64,000 nt of DNA from an uncultured Lachnospiraceae bacterium (GCA_900315055.1 OMXP01000001.1:25825-89824); one strand, 5' to 3'. Positions 1 to 11,845 are shown, counted from the stretch's first letter. Program-made: numbers and translations. Notes: generated from the sequence alone by a model not told the origin.

Positions 1-2
1 CG

Positions 3-740
3 ATCGCCTCGTTCCGAAAGTCCCTGCCGGCTTATTGCGTACCGGAGCTTGTTGAGACGACAGGGCATGAGGCTCCGGTGTTTGAGGTGAAAGGTCTGGT
101 GCACCCGCTTCTTGCAAAGCCTGTGGCCAATGACCTCACGGCAAAGCGCGGCGTTCTTCTTACCGGATCGAACGCCTCCGGAAAGTCGACGTTCTTAAAG
201 AGCATCATGCTCTGTGCACTGCTCTCTCAGTCGATTCACACGGCGCCTGCGACATCCTATCGGGGCTCGTATTTCCGGCTTCTCACCTCGATGGCACTTC
301 GGGATTCGATCCGCGAGGGGCAGAGCTACTTCATGGTGGAGATCAGAAGCCTCAAGCGGATTCTCGATGCCTCGAAGGAGACGGATTCCTGCCCGGTCCT
401 TGCGGCCATCGACGAGGTCCTTCGCGGGACCAACACAATCGAGCGCATTGCGGCATCGAGCGAGATCCTGCCGGCCCTCGAGAAGGGGAACGCGCTGATC
501 TTTGCGGCAACCCACGACATCGAGCTCTCGGAGCTTTTGAAGAACAGCTTTACAAACATGCACTTTACGGAGGAGATCAAAGACGGCGATGTCGTCTTTT
601 CCTACCGCCTGATGGACGGCCCTGCGACGACCCGGAATGCGATACGTCTCTTATCCATGGTCGGATTCGACAGTGCCCTCACCAGGAACGCGGAAGAGCG
701 GGCCGAGCATTTTGAACAGACAGGAGAATGGAAACTTTGA
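3..740 (+). CDS. MutS domain V (ATPase) family protein, 5'-truncated by window edge
   Basis: Frame is open from position 3. Walker A LTGSNASGKSTFLK, IDEVLRGTNTIER and ATHD motifs are typical of the MutS C-terminal ATPase domain. Confidence 0.85.
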   Translation: MASFRKSLPAYCVPELVETTGHEAPVFEVKGLVHPLLAKPVANDLTAKRGVLLTGSNASGKSTFLKSIMLCALLSQSIHTAPATSYRGSYFRLLTSMALRDSIREGQSYFMVEIRSLKRILDASKETDSCPVLAAIDEVLRGTNTIERIAASSEILPALEKGNALIFAATHDIELSELLKNSFTNMHFTEEIKDGDVVFSYRLMDGPATTRNAIRLLSMVGFDSALTRNAEERAEHFEQTGEWKL

Positions 741-1195
741 CACATGTGGTGATCTACAGCGACGGCGCAGCAAGGGGAAATCCCGACGGTCCCGGCGGAT
801 ACGGCTCGATCATACAGTTCACGGACTCGAAGGGCGTCCTCCACGAGAAGGAGTTCTCGGAGGGCTTTGCCAAAACCAGCAACAACCGCATGGAGCTTAT
901 GGGGGCGATCGTCCCCCTGGAGGATCTGACGCGCCCGTGCGCGGTGGATCTCTACTCCGACTCCAGCTACCTTGTCAATGCGTTCAACAAGCACTGGGTG
1001 GACAACTGGAAACGAAACGGCTGGAAGAGCGCCTCGAAGGAGCCGGTAAAGAACCGGGATCTCTGGGAAAGACTTCTGGACGCGATGAAGCCCCATGAGG
1101 TGACCTTTCACTGGGTGAAGGGCCACAACGGAAATCCGGAAAATGAGCGCTGCGACAAACTGGCAACCAGCGCCGCGGACGCGATGAAAGGCTAA
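728..1195 (+). CDS. rnhA: Ribonuclease HI
   Basis: YSDGAARGNPDGPGG, TSNNRMELMG, SDSSYL and WVKGHNGNPENERCDKLA motifs. Confidence 0.96.
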   Translation: METLTHVVIYSDGAARGNPDGPGGYGSIIQFTDSKGVLHEKEFSEGFAKTSNNRMELMGAIVPLEDLTRPCAVDLYSDSSYLVNAFNKHWVDNWKRNGWKSASKEPVKNRDLWERLLDAMKPHEVTFHWVKGHNGNPENERCDKLATSAADAMKG

Positions 1196-1202
1196 GAAAG
1201 GT

Positions 1203-1637
1203 ATGGACGTACAGATCAAAAGACTGACGAGAACCGCAACAATCCCGACAAGGGGTTCCGAAGAGGCGGCAGGGTATGATCTCTATGCCGATGTCACAGA
1301 CGACATCGTTCTGCACCCGGGTGAGACCGTCATGATCCCCTTAGGGATTTCAATGGCGGTCCCGAAGGGCTGCTTTGCCGCGATCTTTGCGCGAAGCGGC
1401 CTTGCGGCGAGGGAAATGCTTCGCCCCGGCAACTGCGTCGGTGTCGTCGACTCGGACTACCGGGGAGAGTGGAAGGTTCCGCTCCACAATGACAGCAAAG
1501 AGGACAAAACGGTGACACCGGGGGAGCGCATCGCTCAGATGGTGATTCTGCCCTATGTAAGTGTGTCCTTTGACGAGGTCGAATCCCTCGACGAGACCGC
1601 ACGGGGAACCGGCGGCTTTGGCTCCACGGGGAAATGA
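1203..1637 (+). CDS. dut: dUTP diphosphatase
   Basis: AGYDL, ARSG, GVVDSDYRGE, RIAQ and RGTGGFGSTG motifs. Confidence 0.97.
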   Translation: MDVQIKRLTRTATIPTRGSEEAAGYDLYADVTDDIVLHPGETVMIPLGISMAVPKGCFAAIFARSGLAAREMLRPGNCVGVVDSDYRGEWKVPLHNDSKEDKTVTPGERIAQMVILPYVSVSFDEVESLDETARGTGGFGSTGK

Positions 1638-1638
1638 C

Positions 1639-2175
1639 ATGCTGAACATCGTACTGCATGAACCGGAGATTGCAAGCAATACCGGAAACATCGGACGGAC
1701 GCTTGTTGCCACCGGCTGCACGCTGCATCTGATCGATCCCATCGGCTTTGTCCTGACCGACAAGGCCTTAAAGAGAGCCGGCATGGATTACTGGCCAAAG
1801 CTCTCCATCCACCGCCACATGGACTATGAGGCGTTCCTGTCCTTCTATGAACAGGACCCTGACCACGGTCACCTGTACTTTGCGACCACCAAGGCGCACC
1901 GCCTGTACACGGATGTCTCCTACGGGGAAAACGACTACATCATGTTCGGGAAGGAGAGTGCGGGAATCCCGGAGGAGATCCTCGTGGACCACGAGGACGA
2001 CTGCATCAGGATCCCGATGGGATACGATATCCGGTCCCTGAACCTTGCAAACTCGGTCTCCATCGTCCTGTATGAGGCTCTGCGGCAGCTCGGGTTCCCG
2101 AACCTTGAGGCAAACGGCATGCTGCACCATCTTTCCTGGAAGGATGGATGGAATGAGCCGGCCAGTGCGAAATGA
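1639..2175 (+). CDS. trmL: tRNA (cytidine(34)-2'-O)-methyltransferase, SPOUT family
   Basis: IVLHEPEIASNTGNIGR, RAGMDYW, FGKESAG and IRSLNLANSV motifs. Start placed at ATG 1639, just after the dut stop. Confidence 0.92.
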   Translation: MLNIVLHEPEIASNTGNIGRTLVATGCTLHLIDPIGFVLTDKALKRAGMDYWPKLSIHRHMDYEAFLSFYEQDPDHGHLYFATTKAHRLYTDVSYGENDYIMFGKESAGIPEEILVDHEDDCIRIPMGYDIRSLNLANSVSIVLYEALRQLGFPNLEANGMLHHLSWKDGWNEPASAK

Positions 2176-2259
2176 TGGACGAAGAGGGGAAAACATTGTA
2201 AGATAACCGTTGTGCATCGGCAGGAACGTCCATCTGCCGTCACGTGAGGAGGTATGATC

Positions 2260-3408
2260 ATGAAATGGAAAAGAGCTGCAGCGCTTGTCAGCGCTGCACT
2301 GATGGCTGCCGCACTTACGGCCTGCGGATCCGGCAGCAGCGAAGCGACAACAGAGGCCGGAAGCTGGGAGACCATTCCCGGTGCCACCACGGCATCGACG
2401 GAAGCCTCATCGGAAGCAACAACAGAGAGCACGGAGACCACGGAGTCTGCTGCCACGATTCCGGACGGCATGTACCTCAGCGAGCTTACCGGCGAGCCGA
2501 TCTCGCTGGATATTCAGAACCAGCGCCCGATCACGGCGATGATCGATAACGACAAGAGAGCCTGGCCGCACTTTGGCCTCAATGACTGTGATGTTGTCTA
2601 TGAGCTCCTGAACAGTACAGAGAACAATGACGTCACGCGTCTCATGGCGGTCATGAAGGACTGGGGGAATCTGAAGCAGCTCGGCAATATCCGTTCCGCC
2701 CGTCCCTCGAACGTCAACCTGACGGCCGAGTGGAACGCAATCCTGTGCCACGACGGCGGCCCGGTGTACTTCCAGAATGAGATCGCGGCGCACCCGGTTC
2801 CGGATCTGTCCGGATACTTTACCCGTGTCTCGAACGGCAAGGCAACCGAGTTCACCGAGTACATCACAACCGGTGAGATCGAGAGCCGCTGCGCATCGGC
2901 CGGCATCTCCACGGACTACACGGCAAATCCCGGAAGTCACTTCAACTTTACGGATTACGGCACGACCGTCGATCTCTCCGAGAGAAGCGATGCCATCGAC
3001 TGCACGACCGGTGTCTGGCTTCCCTTCGAGCACACGCATTCCGCGATGCTCTATGATGCGAGCACGAAGAAGTACTACTACAACGAGGGCGGCGCTCCGG
3101 CGAACGACGGCGCTACCGGTGAGAACGTCGGTTTCGAGAACGTCATTGTAATCGAGTGCAATTATTCGATCTTCGACTCGAACGGCTACATGGAGTACAA
3201 CAACGTCGGTGCGTCCGGCATGCCCGGCTACTACATCACTGAGGGAAAGGCCATTCCGATCACCTGGTCGAAGCCCGAGTACAGCTCGATTACCCGCTAC
3301 TACAATGCGGATGGCAACGAGATCACGATGAATACCGGCAGAACCTACATCTGCTATGTTCCGAATGACCTCTGGGGCGGCATCGTCCAGGGTACGACCC
3401 TGTACTGA
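2260..3408 (+). CDS. DUF3048 (YerB-like) lipoprotein
   Basis: Lipobox LTAC after a signal peptide, an S/T/E-rich linker, then RPITAMIDN...GL...VYE...TRLMAV and IRSAR motifs. RBS GAGGAGG at ~2246; start could be 2254 or 2260. Confidence 0.75.
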   Translation: MKWKRAAALVSAALMAAALTACGSGSSEATTEAGSWETIPGATTASTEASSEATTESTETTESAATIPDGMYLSELTGEPISLDIQNQRPITAMIDNDKRAWPHFGLNDCDVVYELLNSTENNDVTRLMAVMKDWGNLKQLGNIRSARPSNVNLTAEWNAILCHDGGPVYFQNEIAAHPVPDLSGYFTRVSNGKATEFTEYITTGEIESRCASAGISTDYTANPGSHFNFTDYGTTVDLSERSDAIDCTTGVWLPFEHTHSAMLYDASTKKYYYNEGGAPANDGATGENVGFENVIVIECNYSIFDSNGYMEYNNVGASGMPGYYITEGKAIPITWSKPEYSSITRYYNADGNEITMNTGRTYICYVPNDLWGGIVQGTTLY

Positions 3409-3437
3409 TTCTGCCTTTAGGAAAACGCAAATCATAC

Positions 3438-3470
3438 AATGCCGCACGGGAGTTTCCCCTGCGGCATTTG
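3438..3470 (+). terminator. Putative intrinsic terminator hairpin
   Basis: AATGCCGCA...TGCGGCATT inverted repeat downstream of the DUF3048 gene; short T tract. Confidence 0.45.
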
Positions 3471-3491
3471 TCACGAAAGAGAGAAGAACCC

Positions 3492-4958
3492 ATGAAGATC
3501 AGAACACGTTATGCTCCGAGCCCGACCGGCCGCATGCACGTCGGCAACCTGCGCACCGCCCTGTACGCCTACCTCATCGCAAAGCACGAGGGAGGGGATT
3601 TCATCCTGCGCATCGAGGATACCGATCAGGGGCGTCTTGTGGAGGGCGCCGTGGACATCATCAAGCAGTGCCTCAAAGAGACGGGCCTTACCCCGGACGA
3701 GAGCCCGGATCTTGGCGGCCCTGTCGGCCCCTATGTGCAGAGTGAGCGCGTTGCTGCCGGCATCTACCGGAAGTATGCGGAGGAGCTCATCGCAAAGGGA
3801 GAGGCCTATTACTGCTTCTGCACCCCGGAGAGACTCGAGTCCTTAAAGACCGTCGTCGACGGCAAGGAGATCTCCGTCTATGACAAGCACTGCCTGCATC
3901 TGTCAAAGGAAGAGATCGAGGCGAACCTGAAGGCCGGAAAGCCCTATGTCATTCGCCAGAACAACCCAAGAGAGGGCACGACTACGTTCCACGACGAGCT
4001 CTACGGCGATATCACCGTGGACAATAAGGAGCTCGACGATATGATCCTCATCAAGTCCGACGGCTTCCCGACCTACAACTTCGCCAACGTCGTCGATGAC
4101 CACCTCATGGGCATTACGCATGTCGTCCGTGGCAATGAGTACATCTCGTCCACACCGAAGTACAACCGCCTGTACGAGGCCTTCGGCTGGGAGATCCCGA
4201 AGTACATCCACTGCCCGCTCATCACCGATGCCGAACACAAGAAGCTCTCGAAAAGATCCGGATACTCGTCCTATGAGGATCTCATCGATCAGGGATTCCT
4301 GCCGAATGCGGTGGTGAACTTCATCGCTCTTCTTGGCTGGAGCCCGGATTCCGACCGTGAGATTTTCTCACTCGAGGAACTGGTAAAGGAATTCGACTAT
4401 AAGAGAATCGGCAAGTCCCCTGCCGTGTTCGACTACGACAAGCTTCGCTGGATGAACGGCGAGTACCTGAAGGCCATGGACGCCAATGCGTTCTATGCCT
4501 ATGCGGAGCCGTACCTGAAGGAGGCCGTAACGAACAAGAACATCGACCTTCACCGGATCTCCGAGATGGTTCACACGAGAATCGAGGTCGGAACGGATAT
4601 CGCGGACATGGTAGATTTCTTCAGCAAGCTTCCGGACTACGATGTGGCGCTCTTCGAGAACAAGAAGCAGAAGGCAACCTTCGAGAACAGCGCGACTATC
4701 CTCTCCGGCATGCTGCCGATCCTTGCAGAGACACCGGACGAGGAGTTCAAAAACGACAACCTCTTCGAGAAGATCTCAACCTATGCCAATGAGCACGGCA
4801 TCAAGCCGAGAACCGCTGTCTGGGCAATGCGCATCGCCGTATCCGGAAAGAGCGTGACGCCTGCCGGTGCCAGCGAGATCATGGAAGTCCTCGGAAAAGA
4901 GGAGAGCATCGACCGCGTAAGATGTGGTCTTGAAAAGCTTCAGCAGATGACACAGTAG
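3492..4958 (+). CDS. gltX: Glutamate--tRNA ligase
   Basis: [16 protein letters not shown] (HIGH-like), LRIEDTDQ, and KLSKR (KMSKS-like) motifs. Confidence 0.97.
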   Translation: MKIRTRYAPSPTGRMHVGNLRTALYAYLIAKHEGGDFILRIEDTDQGRLVEGAVDIIKQCLKETGLTPDESPDLGGPVGPYVQSERVAAGIYRKYAEELIAKGEAYYCFCTPERLESLKTVVDGKEISVYDKHCLHLSKEEIEANLKAGKPYVIRQNNPREGTTTFHDELYGDITVDNKELDDMILIKSDGFPTYNFANVVDDHLMGITHVVRGNEYISSTPKYNRLYEAFGWEIPKYIHCPLITDAEHKKLSKRSGYSSYEDLIDQGFLPNAVVNFIALLGWSPDSDREIFSLEELVKEFDYKRIGKSPAVFDYDKLRWMNGEYLKAMDANAFYAYAEPYLKEAVTNKNIDLHRISEMVHTRIEVGTDIADMVDFFSKLPDYDVALFENKKQKATFENSATILSGMLPILAETPDEEFKNDNLFEKISTYANEHGIKPRTAVWAMRIAVSGKSVTPAGASEIMEVLGKEESIDRVRCGLEKLQQMTQ

Positions 4959-4980
4959 TCATCAGCATCTGAAACACAAC

Positions 4981-5012
4981 GCCGTCAGGGGTAATTCCCT
5001 GGCGGCTTTTTT
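4981..5012 (+). terminator. Rho-independent terminator
   Basis: GCCGTCAGGG-taat-TCCCTGGCGGC stem followed by TTTTTT, just after gltX. Confidence 0.75.
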
Positions 5013-5090
5013 GCACACGTGTACAGGGATCGGGAAAGAACGAAAATCCGGCATCGGTATATTTTCCGCCGCCTGCACCTGATAGAATAG

Positions 5091-6569
<1,479 letters not shown>

Positions 6570-6629
6570 GCGCTGCCGCGAAGGGAAATCAGAACCGGGA
6601 CTTCCGATCCGTGATCAGGAAAAAACGAA

Positions 6630-6848
6630 ATGGAAGAGATATCGAGAATCGTCATCGAGCATTACTGCAACACGCACAGGACGAAAAAGGCAGAAATTCT
6701 ATCAAGACTTGTGGCAATGTCGTACGATCTTTCTGCCGAGGGAACAGACGCCGATGCAATCGAACTGGAAGAGCTGATCGACCGGGAGCGCAATCCCGAG
6801 CTGAAGGAGGCTCTCATCGATCTGGATGAATTTCTTTTCAGATATTGA
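6630..6848 (+). CDS. Small acidic hypothetical protein (72 aa)
   Basis: Plausible helical ORF filling the gap between GH1 and the methyltransferase; no recognised motif. Confidence 0.55.
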   Translation: MEEISRIVIEHYCNTHRTKKAEILSRLVAMSYDLSAEGTDADAIELEELIDRERNPELKEALIDLDEFLFRY

Positions 6849-6902
6849 CGATGTAAAGACGTGAACACCCTCTGCAGTGGAACCGGAACAGGAGGCTTTT
6901 TC

Positions 6903-7664
6903 TTGAGTAACATCGAATGGGATTCTCAGACGTACGCAAAACAGTTTTCCTTTGTCGCGGGCTATGGCAGTTCGCTGATTGATCTCCTCGACCGGAAGGA
7001 GAACATGACCTGCCTCGACCTAGGCTGCGGAAACGGAAATCTCACAAAGAAGCTGAAGGACGCCGGGCTTGATGTCATCGGCATGGACGACTCCGCATCG
7101 CAGATCCAAAAGGCAATGGAAGATCATCCGGATATCCGCTTTGTACAGGGCAATGCCTGCGACTTCCTGCTGGAGGAGCCGGTGGATGTTGTCTTTTCGA
7201 ATGCCGTGTTCCACTGGATTGACAAAGACCGGCAGAAAGACATGCTCTCCTGCGTATACAGGGCGCTGAAACCGGAGGGCCAGCTTGTCTTCGAGATGGG
7301 CGGGAAGGGAAACAATGCGCTCATTCACGGAAACCTTCGGCGCGCTTTTGCAAGGCGGGGGCTTGTCTATCGCTTCCCGTTCTATTTCCCGTCGATCGGA
7401 GAGTACGCATCTCTCATGGAGGGTGCGGGGTTTCTCGTGCGGACGGCGCTTCTCTTTGACCGGAAGACAAGGCTTATGGGGCCGGACGGCCTCTCCGACT
7501 GGATCAAAATGTTTGTCCAGACACCCTTTGAGGGAATTGATGCGGCAACATCGGAAGAGATCCGCCGCGAAGCTGTGGAAGAGCTTCGACCGAAGCTTTT
7601 TGAGGAGGGGGTGTGGTACGCCGATTACGTAAGACTCAGATGCAGGGCGGTGAAGATGCTGTAG
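6903..7664 (+). CDS. Class I SAM-dependent methyltransferase (trans-aconitate methyltransferase-like)
   Basis: LDLGCGNG motif I and DVVFSNAVFHWI. Likely TTG start at 6903 after RBS AGGAGG. Confidence 0.85.
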   Translation: MSNIEWDSQTYAKQFSFVAGYGSSLIDLLDRKENMTCLDLGCGNGNLTKKLKDAGLDVIGMDDSASQIQKAMEDHPDIRFVQGNACDFLLEEPVDVVFSNAVFHWIDKDRQKDMLSCVYRALKPEGQLVFEMGGKGNNALIHGNLRRAFARRGLVYRFPFYFPSIGEYASLMEGAGFLVRTALLFDRKTRLMGPDGLSDWIKMFVQTPFEGIDAATSEEIRREAVEELRPKLFEEGVWYADYVRLRCRAVKML

Positions 7665-7845
7665 AAGAAGCAATATTCGTTCCTGTCACCTGCTGTCATA
7701 AGAAAGCAGTCCTGATTTATCCGTTCTTTTGTTTTCTGATTGCCGGAAGGCTCCGGTATGCTATACTTTTTCCATAAGCGATGCTTCCATCTCCAGTCCC
7801 TGCCGGAACTGTGTATTCAGTATTCCAGTACGAGGCGGAGATACC

Positions 7846-9732
7846 ATGTCTGAACATACCCCACAAACCCCAAAACAGCACATCATCGGAAACCCGAAAC
7901 AAAACGAAGCCATACGCCACGGGAAGGGCCCCTGTCTTGTCCTTGCAGGTCCCGGCTCCGGGAAGACCTTTGTCCTGATCGAGCACTGCAGGTACCTGAT
8001 CCGGAACCTGCATGTTTGCCCCTCTGAGATCCTGGTCCTGACCTTCTCCCGGACGGCAGCCATCGAGATGAAGAGCCGGTATGAAGGAAAGTACGGAAAT
8101 GACACCGTATCCCCTGTCACCTTCGGAACCTTTCACGCGGTGTTCTACCGGATTCTTCAGCAGTCCGCAGCGGGGAAGGAGCTTCGTCTTCTCGACGAAA
8201 AGACCAAAGAGGGACTTCTCCGGAACCTGATCACCTCCTGTCACTACGACCGCCTCGAAGATCCCACGGCGAAGATGTCCGCGCTCTATTCCGAGATCCT
8301 GTACCATAAGCGATATCCAAATGCCCACTGGAAGTACTTCACGGACGAGGCGAACTTTCCGCGCCTGTTTCAGGCCTATGAGACCTTTCTTGCGGACGAG
8401 GGCTATATCGACTTTGACGACATGATCCGTCTCTGCAATGAGCTGTTAAAGAATGACGAGATCGTCCTTCGTTCCTGGAAGAGCCGCTTCCGGTACTTTC
8501 TTCTCGATGAGTTTCAGGACATCGATCCCGTGCAGCTCGAGACCATCGAACTGCTTGCGGGAGAGGAGAGAAACATCTTTGCGGTGGGAGATGACGACCA
8601 GAGTATCTACAGCTTTCGGGGCGCGAATCCGCTTGTCATGCAGACTTTTCTCGATCATAATCCGGGGCTGCACCTCGTGGAGCTGACCATCAACTACCGG
8701 TGCTCGGAGGAGATCCTGAAGCAGGCGGTAAGGCTGATCCGGGACAACGAGGAGCGTCTCGAAAAGCATCAGGTGGCAGAGCATAAGGGTGGTGTCCCGA
8801 TGCGGCTGGAAGGCTATGCCGATGAGGCAGAGCAGTTTGCAGAAATCATGAAAAGGATCCGGGAGAGCGTGCAGAAAGGAGAGAGAAGCAGTTCGGATTT
8901 TGCCGTGATCTTCCGCACGCACTATCAGCTGGAATCCTTTCGACGGTATCTTGTAAAACACGGCATGGAAAGCCGGGGTGATACGGTATTCCGCGAGCCG
9001 GCAGTGGGAGAGGCGCTGTCGGTGATCGTAAGCTACTACAGGGCAGCGCTGCAGCTGAAGCAGGGATATCTTTCCCGGGACGACTTCCTTCGGATCCTCA
9101 ACATCCCGCAGCGATACCTTCTTCGGCATACCTTTTCCAAAGAGTCCATGAACCCGAGGGAATATCTTCTTACGATCCAGCAGGGACGGCAAAGGGACGC
9201 ACTTCTTGATCTCTTTGATGACCTGCACCTTCTGTGTGATCTTGATCCGGTATCCTCGCTCTCGTACCTTCTCACCGACATGGAGCTTGAAACGGCGCTC
9301 TCTTCCGGACGAAAAAATGAAACCAAGGAAGCACTCGATGACCTGTTCGCCCATTTGAACAGCCTTGCGGCGTCCGCATCTTCGATTCCCAATCTTTTAT
9401 CCCTCCTGGAAAAGGAGCGGACGCTTCCGGTACAGGGGAGCAGAAGAAAGAGCTCCGGGACTGCAGATGGCGGCATTCACCTTCTCACCATGCACGCCGC
9501 AAAGGGTCTTGAGTTTCCCGTTGTTTTTCTTCCCTGTCTCAACGAAGGTGTGATCCCGGTGAGAAATGCAAAGACAAAGGAAGGGATCGAAGAGGAGAGA
9601 AGACTTTTGTATGTTGCGATGACACGGGCACGGGAGGAGCTGATTCTCACGTATGCAAACGGGTATCCCGGGCAGGACAGAAGGCCTTCCAGGTTCCTTC
9701 GGGCATTCCATGTCTATGCATCCTGGGAGTAG
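7846..9732 (+). CDS. SF1 ATP-dependent DNA helicase, UvrD/PcrA/Rep family
   Basis: AGPGSGKT, TFHA, DEFQD, VGDDDQSIYSFRGA, NYR, TMHAAKGLEF and EERRLLYVAMTRA motifs. Confidence 0.92.
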   Translation: MSEHTPQTPKQHIIGNPKQNEAIRHGKGPCLVLAGPGSGKTFVLIEHCRYLIRNLHVCPSEILVLTFSRTAAIEMKSRYEGKYGNDTVSPVTFGTFHAVFYRILQQSAAGKELRLLDEKTKEGLLRNLITSCHYDRLEDPTAKMSALYSEILYHKRYPNAHWKYFTDEANFPRLFQAYETFLADEGYIDFDDMIRLCNELLKNDEIVLRSWKSRFRYFLLDEFQDIDPVQLETIELLAGEERNIFAVGDDDQSIYSFRGANPLVMQTFLDHNPGLHLVELTINYRCSEEILKQAVRLIRDNEERLEKHQVAEHKGGVPMRLEGYADEAEQFAEIMKRIRESVQKGERSSSDFAVIFRTHYQLESFRRYLVKHGMESRGDTVFREPAVGEALSVIVSYYRAALQLKQGYLSRDDFLRILNIPQRYLLRHTFSKESMNPREYLLTIQQGRQRDALLDLFDDLHLLCDLDPVSSLSYLLTDMELETALSSGRKNETKEALDDLFAHLNSLAASASSIPNLLSLLEKERTLPVQGSRRKSSGTADGGIHLLTMHAAKGLEFPVVFLPCLNEGVIPVRNAKTKEGIEEERRLLYVAMTRAREELILTYANGYPGQDRRPSRFLRAFHVYASWE

Positions 9733-9844
9733 GTAAAATTACACCTTATAGATGTGTGAAAAAACAGACCGGTAACGGTATCGCAAAGGGGACAGTTGTG
9801 CTAAACTTGTGGAGTGTAATCAGACAAAGAGAGGCGGAAACCAC

Positions 9845-11836
9845 ATGTCACAAACATTTGAAACAGCTCCTGCCCACACCGTGCGGCCCGGAACCGTCGT
9901 TGATGAGGACGGTGTCATCTTCAGTACAGTCTTTCGCAGCTGCAAGTCCTGCGGGCTGATTCTGTATCGTCTCTCCGATCTCGACGAGACTGTCATTCCC
10001 TTCACCGATGAGTACCGCTACGGATCCCTCTATTCTGTCAAGGTCAAAGGCCTGAAGCCCGGCCGCTTCGCGTATCGCTACTACCGGGACGACTACTCCT
10101 TTGAGGATCCGTATGCGAGAGAGCTCATCACCCTCTCCACAAAGAACGGTCCCTTAACGGCCTGCCGTCTGTTCCCGCAGAACGAGAATGCGCTGCCGGC
10201 CTACGGCTATAACAGCGTCCGTCCCTGGGCGGATCAGGTGATCTATGTGATGCATGTGAAGGGATTCACGGCATCTCGCACATCCCACGTGGCACACCGC
10301 GGCACCTTCCGCGGCGTCACGGAGAAGATTGACGAACTGAAGAAGATCGGTGTCACGGCGATTGAACTGCTGCCCGTCTATGAGCTTCGCCCGGCAAGCC
10401 TCGGGAAAATTTCCGGCGCTCCGAATGCCGAGGAGAGCGAGAAGACGATGGCACAGGACGCCGCAAAGTATGTGACGGATGACTTCGGAACGCCAAAGCC
10501 GGAAGCGCAGAAGGTCAACTACTGGGGATTCGGCGAGGGGTGCTACTTTGCGCCGAAGCACGCCTATGCCTCCTCCAAATCCCCCCAGCAGGAATTTGCC
10601 TCCATGGTGGACATGCTCCATCAGAACGGCATTCAGGTTTACCTGCAGCTCTTCTTTACCGACGATGTCTCCAATCAGACCCAGCTCGAGACCGCACGAT
10701 TCTATGTGACCCACTACCATGTGGATGGATTCCACATCAAGGGGGCGGACTCCGCCTTAAAGACCATTGCCTCGGATCCGATGCTCTCGAACACGGCGAT
10801 TCTTTACTACGGCTTCCCCTATGAGGAGCTGCAGAAGGAGGACTCGGAGAATCCGACGGTCGGAAAGCCTTCGATCGCACACCTTTGCGAGTACACGGAC
10901 TCCTACATGTATCTTGTCCGCCGCTTCGTAAAGAGCGACAACAACGTGGCCCGGGAGTTCGCAAAGCAGTTCGTGACGGTGCCGGAGGTGCACGGGCGCG
11001 TGCACTTCGTGACCAACTACGACACGTTTACGCTCCGGGATCTTGTCTCCTACAACTGGAAGCACAACGCGCCAAACGGTGAAGAGGGCAGGGACGGCAA
11101 TGACAACAACTGCTCCTGGAACTGCGGCGTCGAGGGAAAGAGCCAGAAGAAGGACGTGCGGACGCTTCGTCTTCGCCAGATGAAGAACTTCATCGCCCTG
11201 AACTTCCTCTCCCAGGGGACTCCGGTTCTGACCGCGGGAGATGAGATGTGCAACTCGCAGGATGGCAACAACAACGCCTACTGCCAGGACAATGAGACCG
11301 GCTGGGTTTCCTGGAAGGAGACCGGAGAGAGCCGGAACGTCAATGAATTCACGAAGGACATGGCGGCCTTTAGAAGAGATCATGCGATCTTCCGCCGCCG
11401 GAATCCCTTCAAGTTCAATGATTACAAGGTCACGGGATATCCGGACGTCTCCTTCCACGGGAAGGATGCCTGGAAGCCGGACTTTTCCAACTACAGTCAT
11501 ACGTTCGGTGTGATGTACGATGAGGACTACGCGGAGGAGAATCCCACCCACAACCTCGTCTACGTCGCCGTCAACATGCACTGGCACAATCAGCTGCTCG
11601 GCGTGCCGACACCGCCGCCGGGACTGAAGTGGTATGTCACCTGCGACACCTTTGAGGAGAACTCGTTCTTCGAGCACCCGCAGCTGTTACCGGATCAGCG
11701 TCACATTTTTGTTAAGGGCAGAAGTGTGTGCATTCTGGTAACAAGCCCGGAGCCGGAGAAGTCGCAGAACGCCACGGCCATCGTGGCGATGACCAGCTAT
11801 TTTCATCGCTACACCGGCATCCAGAGCAGGTATTAA
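9845..11836 (+). CDS. GlgX/isoamylase-like GH13 protein with degenerate active site
   Basis: Retains IYVMHVKGFT, GVTAIELLPV, NYWG, FTLRDLVSYN.KHN, SWNCGVEG and GTPVLTAGDE...GNNNAYCQDN. Catalytic regions I-III are altered (see findings). Confidence 0.85.
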   Translation: MSQTFETAPAHTVRPGTVVDEDGVIFSTVFRSCKSCGLILYRLSDLDETVIPFTDEYRYGSLYSVKVKGLKPGRFAYRYYRDDYSFEDPYARELITLSTKNGPLTACRLFPQNENALPAYGYNSVRPWADQVIYVMHVKGFTASRTSHVAHRGTFRGVTEKIDELKKIGVTAIELLPVYELRPASLGKISGAPNAEESEKTMAQDAAKYVTDDFGTPKPEAQKVNYWGFGEGCYFAPKHAYASSKSPQQEFASMVDMLHQNGIQVYLQLFFTDDVSNQTQLETARFYVTHYHVDGFHIKGADSALKTIASDPMLSNTAILYYGFPYEELQKEDSENPTVGKPSIAHLCEYTDSYMYLVRRFVKSDNNVAREFAKQFVTVPEVHGRVHFVTNYDTFTLRDLVSYNWKHNAPNGEEGRDGNDNNCSWNCGVEGKSQKKDVRTLRLRQMKNFIALNFLSQGTPVLTAGDEMCNSQDGNNNAYCQDNETGWVSWKETGESRNVNEFTKDMAAFRRDHAIFRRRNPFKFNDYKVTGYPDVSFHGKDAWKPDFSNYSHTFGVMYDEDYAEENPTHNLVYVAVNMHWHNQLLGVPTPPPGLKWYVTCDTFEENSFFEHPQLLPDQRHIFVKGRSVCILVTSPEPEKSQNATAIVAMTSYFHRYTGIQSRY

Positions 11837-11845
11837 GGAGCACAG

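Noticed and set aside
9733-9844. Possible riboswitch or cre site upstream of the glgX-like gene
   Set aside because: Only fragmentary matches (GCAAA; GGTAACGGTATC) without the required paired stems or consensus.
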